Made by a program: the position numbers and the translations under genes. The notes under the pieces were generated by a model that did not search any database, was not told the DNA's origin, and saw only the letters and a list, made by a program, of their open reading frames with translations. Source: Neocallimastix sp. 'constans' (lineage: Eukaryota). Taken from it: 64,000 nucleotides of DNA. How positions within the stretch are numbered: position 1 is the stretch's first letter; every line of letters begins with the position of its first letter. Location: positions 124,001-188,000 of the forward strand of contig JBODTK010000118.1 in NCBI GenBank assembly GCA_050613775.1. Direction: 5' to 3'. Below are positions 62,547-64,000 of this stretch, one piece after another.

Positions 62547-63745
62547 GGAAATTACCTTGGGATAATAGTAATTATAGTAATAAAAGAAAATTACCATGGG
62601 AGAATAATAATAGTTCGAACTATAATAAAAGCAGTAATAGTAATGGCTTTAATAAATTTTCCATTCACCTATCGCTTGCTATTTATAGTTTAAGTGAATT
62701 TTCAGTTCATGTTGCAAGAACGAATATACCAAAAATTCAACTTTATTTTTCATCTATGGAGCAAGCTCATTATTCTCAACAAGAATTATGTTGGGTTGTA
62801 CCTTTAGAAAATTATAGAACTGTTCTAACAGATGCCAAAAATGGAAAAATTATACCAGGTTCTACTGTTAAAGTTGAAGAAATTCCAGATTTTGTTTTAA
62901 ATGCATTTAATAACAAATATCCTTTGCACCACTTTAATAATAATAATAATAATAATAGTAATGAGGATAAAAATAAAAATATAGCAAAATTAATGGAAGA
63001 AAAAATACCAAAAAATTTATTATCTAAATTGATGCGTTTTCAGTATTTAGGTGTAAGAGAAGCCATTCTTAAAAATGGAAGAGTATTTTTATGTGATGAA
63101 ATGGGTTTAGGTTAAAATAATTTTTTTTATATACTTTAATTATATTGTTTTTTATTTTTTATCTTTATATATTTATATTTATATTTATCTTTATCTTTAT
63201 ATTTATTTATTTATTTATTTATTTTTTTTTTAAAATAATTTAAAAAAAAAAAAATTAAATATATAAATAACTTAATGTTATCTTTTATTTTATCATATAT
63301 TTTATTATAAATAATGTATAATAAACAATGAAATGATATAAAAACAAAATTAAAATTAAAACAAAAACCAAAAAAAAAAATGTTTAAACTAATAAAGGCA
63401 AAACTATTCAAGCATTAGCTATATGTTCATATTATAAAAGTGATTGGCCATGTCTTGTATTATGTCCTTCATCACTTCGATTAACATGGGCAGCAGAAAT
63501 TCAAAAATGGTTAAATATTGAAGAGGAATATGTTCAAGTTATTTTTTCAACGAAAGATATTATTAGACCTTCTTCTCAAATTGTAATTATTAATTATGAT
63601 TTGGTGTCAAGAGGGAATATGATAGAGCAAATTCAAAAAGCAAGATTTAATTTTGTCATTGCTGATGAATCACATTATCTTAAAAATAGAGATGTAATTA
63701 TATATTTTTTATTTATTAAATACTTTATTTTTATTCGTTTTCTTC

Positions 63746-63792
<47 letters not shown>

Positions 63793-64000
63793 AATATATG
63801 AAATAATATAAAATAAAAGAATATCTATATTTATAATATAAATAATTTTTTTTTAATGAAAATTAAATATAATATAAATATAATATATTAATAAATTTTT
63901 TATTATATAATATTTTAATCTTAATTATTGTGATTATAATTTATTAGGCTAAAAGAACACAACTTATTTGTCCATTTATTAAAAATTCGAAATATGCATT
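62118..64000 (+). CDS. SMARCAL1: SMARCAL1-like SNF2 annealing helicase with N-terminal GRF zinc finger (partial; exons 62118-62207, 62393-63110, 63398-63693, 63948->64000)
   Basis: CKC..KQGPNFGRWFYTC.KCNFFKW (zf-GRF), a HARP-like segment (..CWVVPLENY), then LMRFQYLGV..GRVFLCDEMGLGKTIQAL, WPCLVLCPSSLRLTW and VIADESHYLKN..AKRT, typical of the SMARCAL1/ZRANB3 subfamily. Confidence 0.85.

Overview
Extremely AT-rich, intron-rich eukaryotic DNA full of (AAT)n, (AT)n and poly-A/T tracts. The mix of a fungal-type STB6 gene with several motile-cilium genes points to a zoosporic fungus, most likely an anaerobic gut fungus (Neocallimastigomycota); this is an inference. By splicing GT-AG exons by hand I reconstructed 11 protein-coding genes: a PPP1R32/SAXO4-like axonemal protein (-), CFAP299 (+), a Pro/Asn-rich protein (-), STB6-like (-), TRAPPC12 (+), a Tctex-1 dynein light chain with an acidic extension (+), a ~2,600-aa CCDC87-like protein (-), an 85-aa two-exon gene absent from the ORF track (-), an intronless 1,788-aa low-complexity protein (+), a DDHD phospholipase (-), and a SMARCAL1-type SNF2 helicase with an N-terminal GRF zinc finger (+, runs off the window). 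Most notable: frame-restoring micro-exons, 3' splice sites preceded by poly(A) instead of polypyrimidine, the GRF-finger/KRKLPW/SMARCAL1 architecture, a ~230-bp GC-rich non-coding island, and a perfect 31-bp inverted repeat. No rRNA, tRNA, CRISPR array or intact mobile element was seen. Family calls come from remembered motifs, not database searches.
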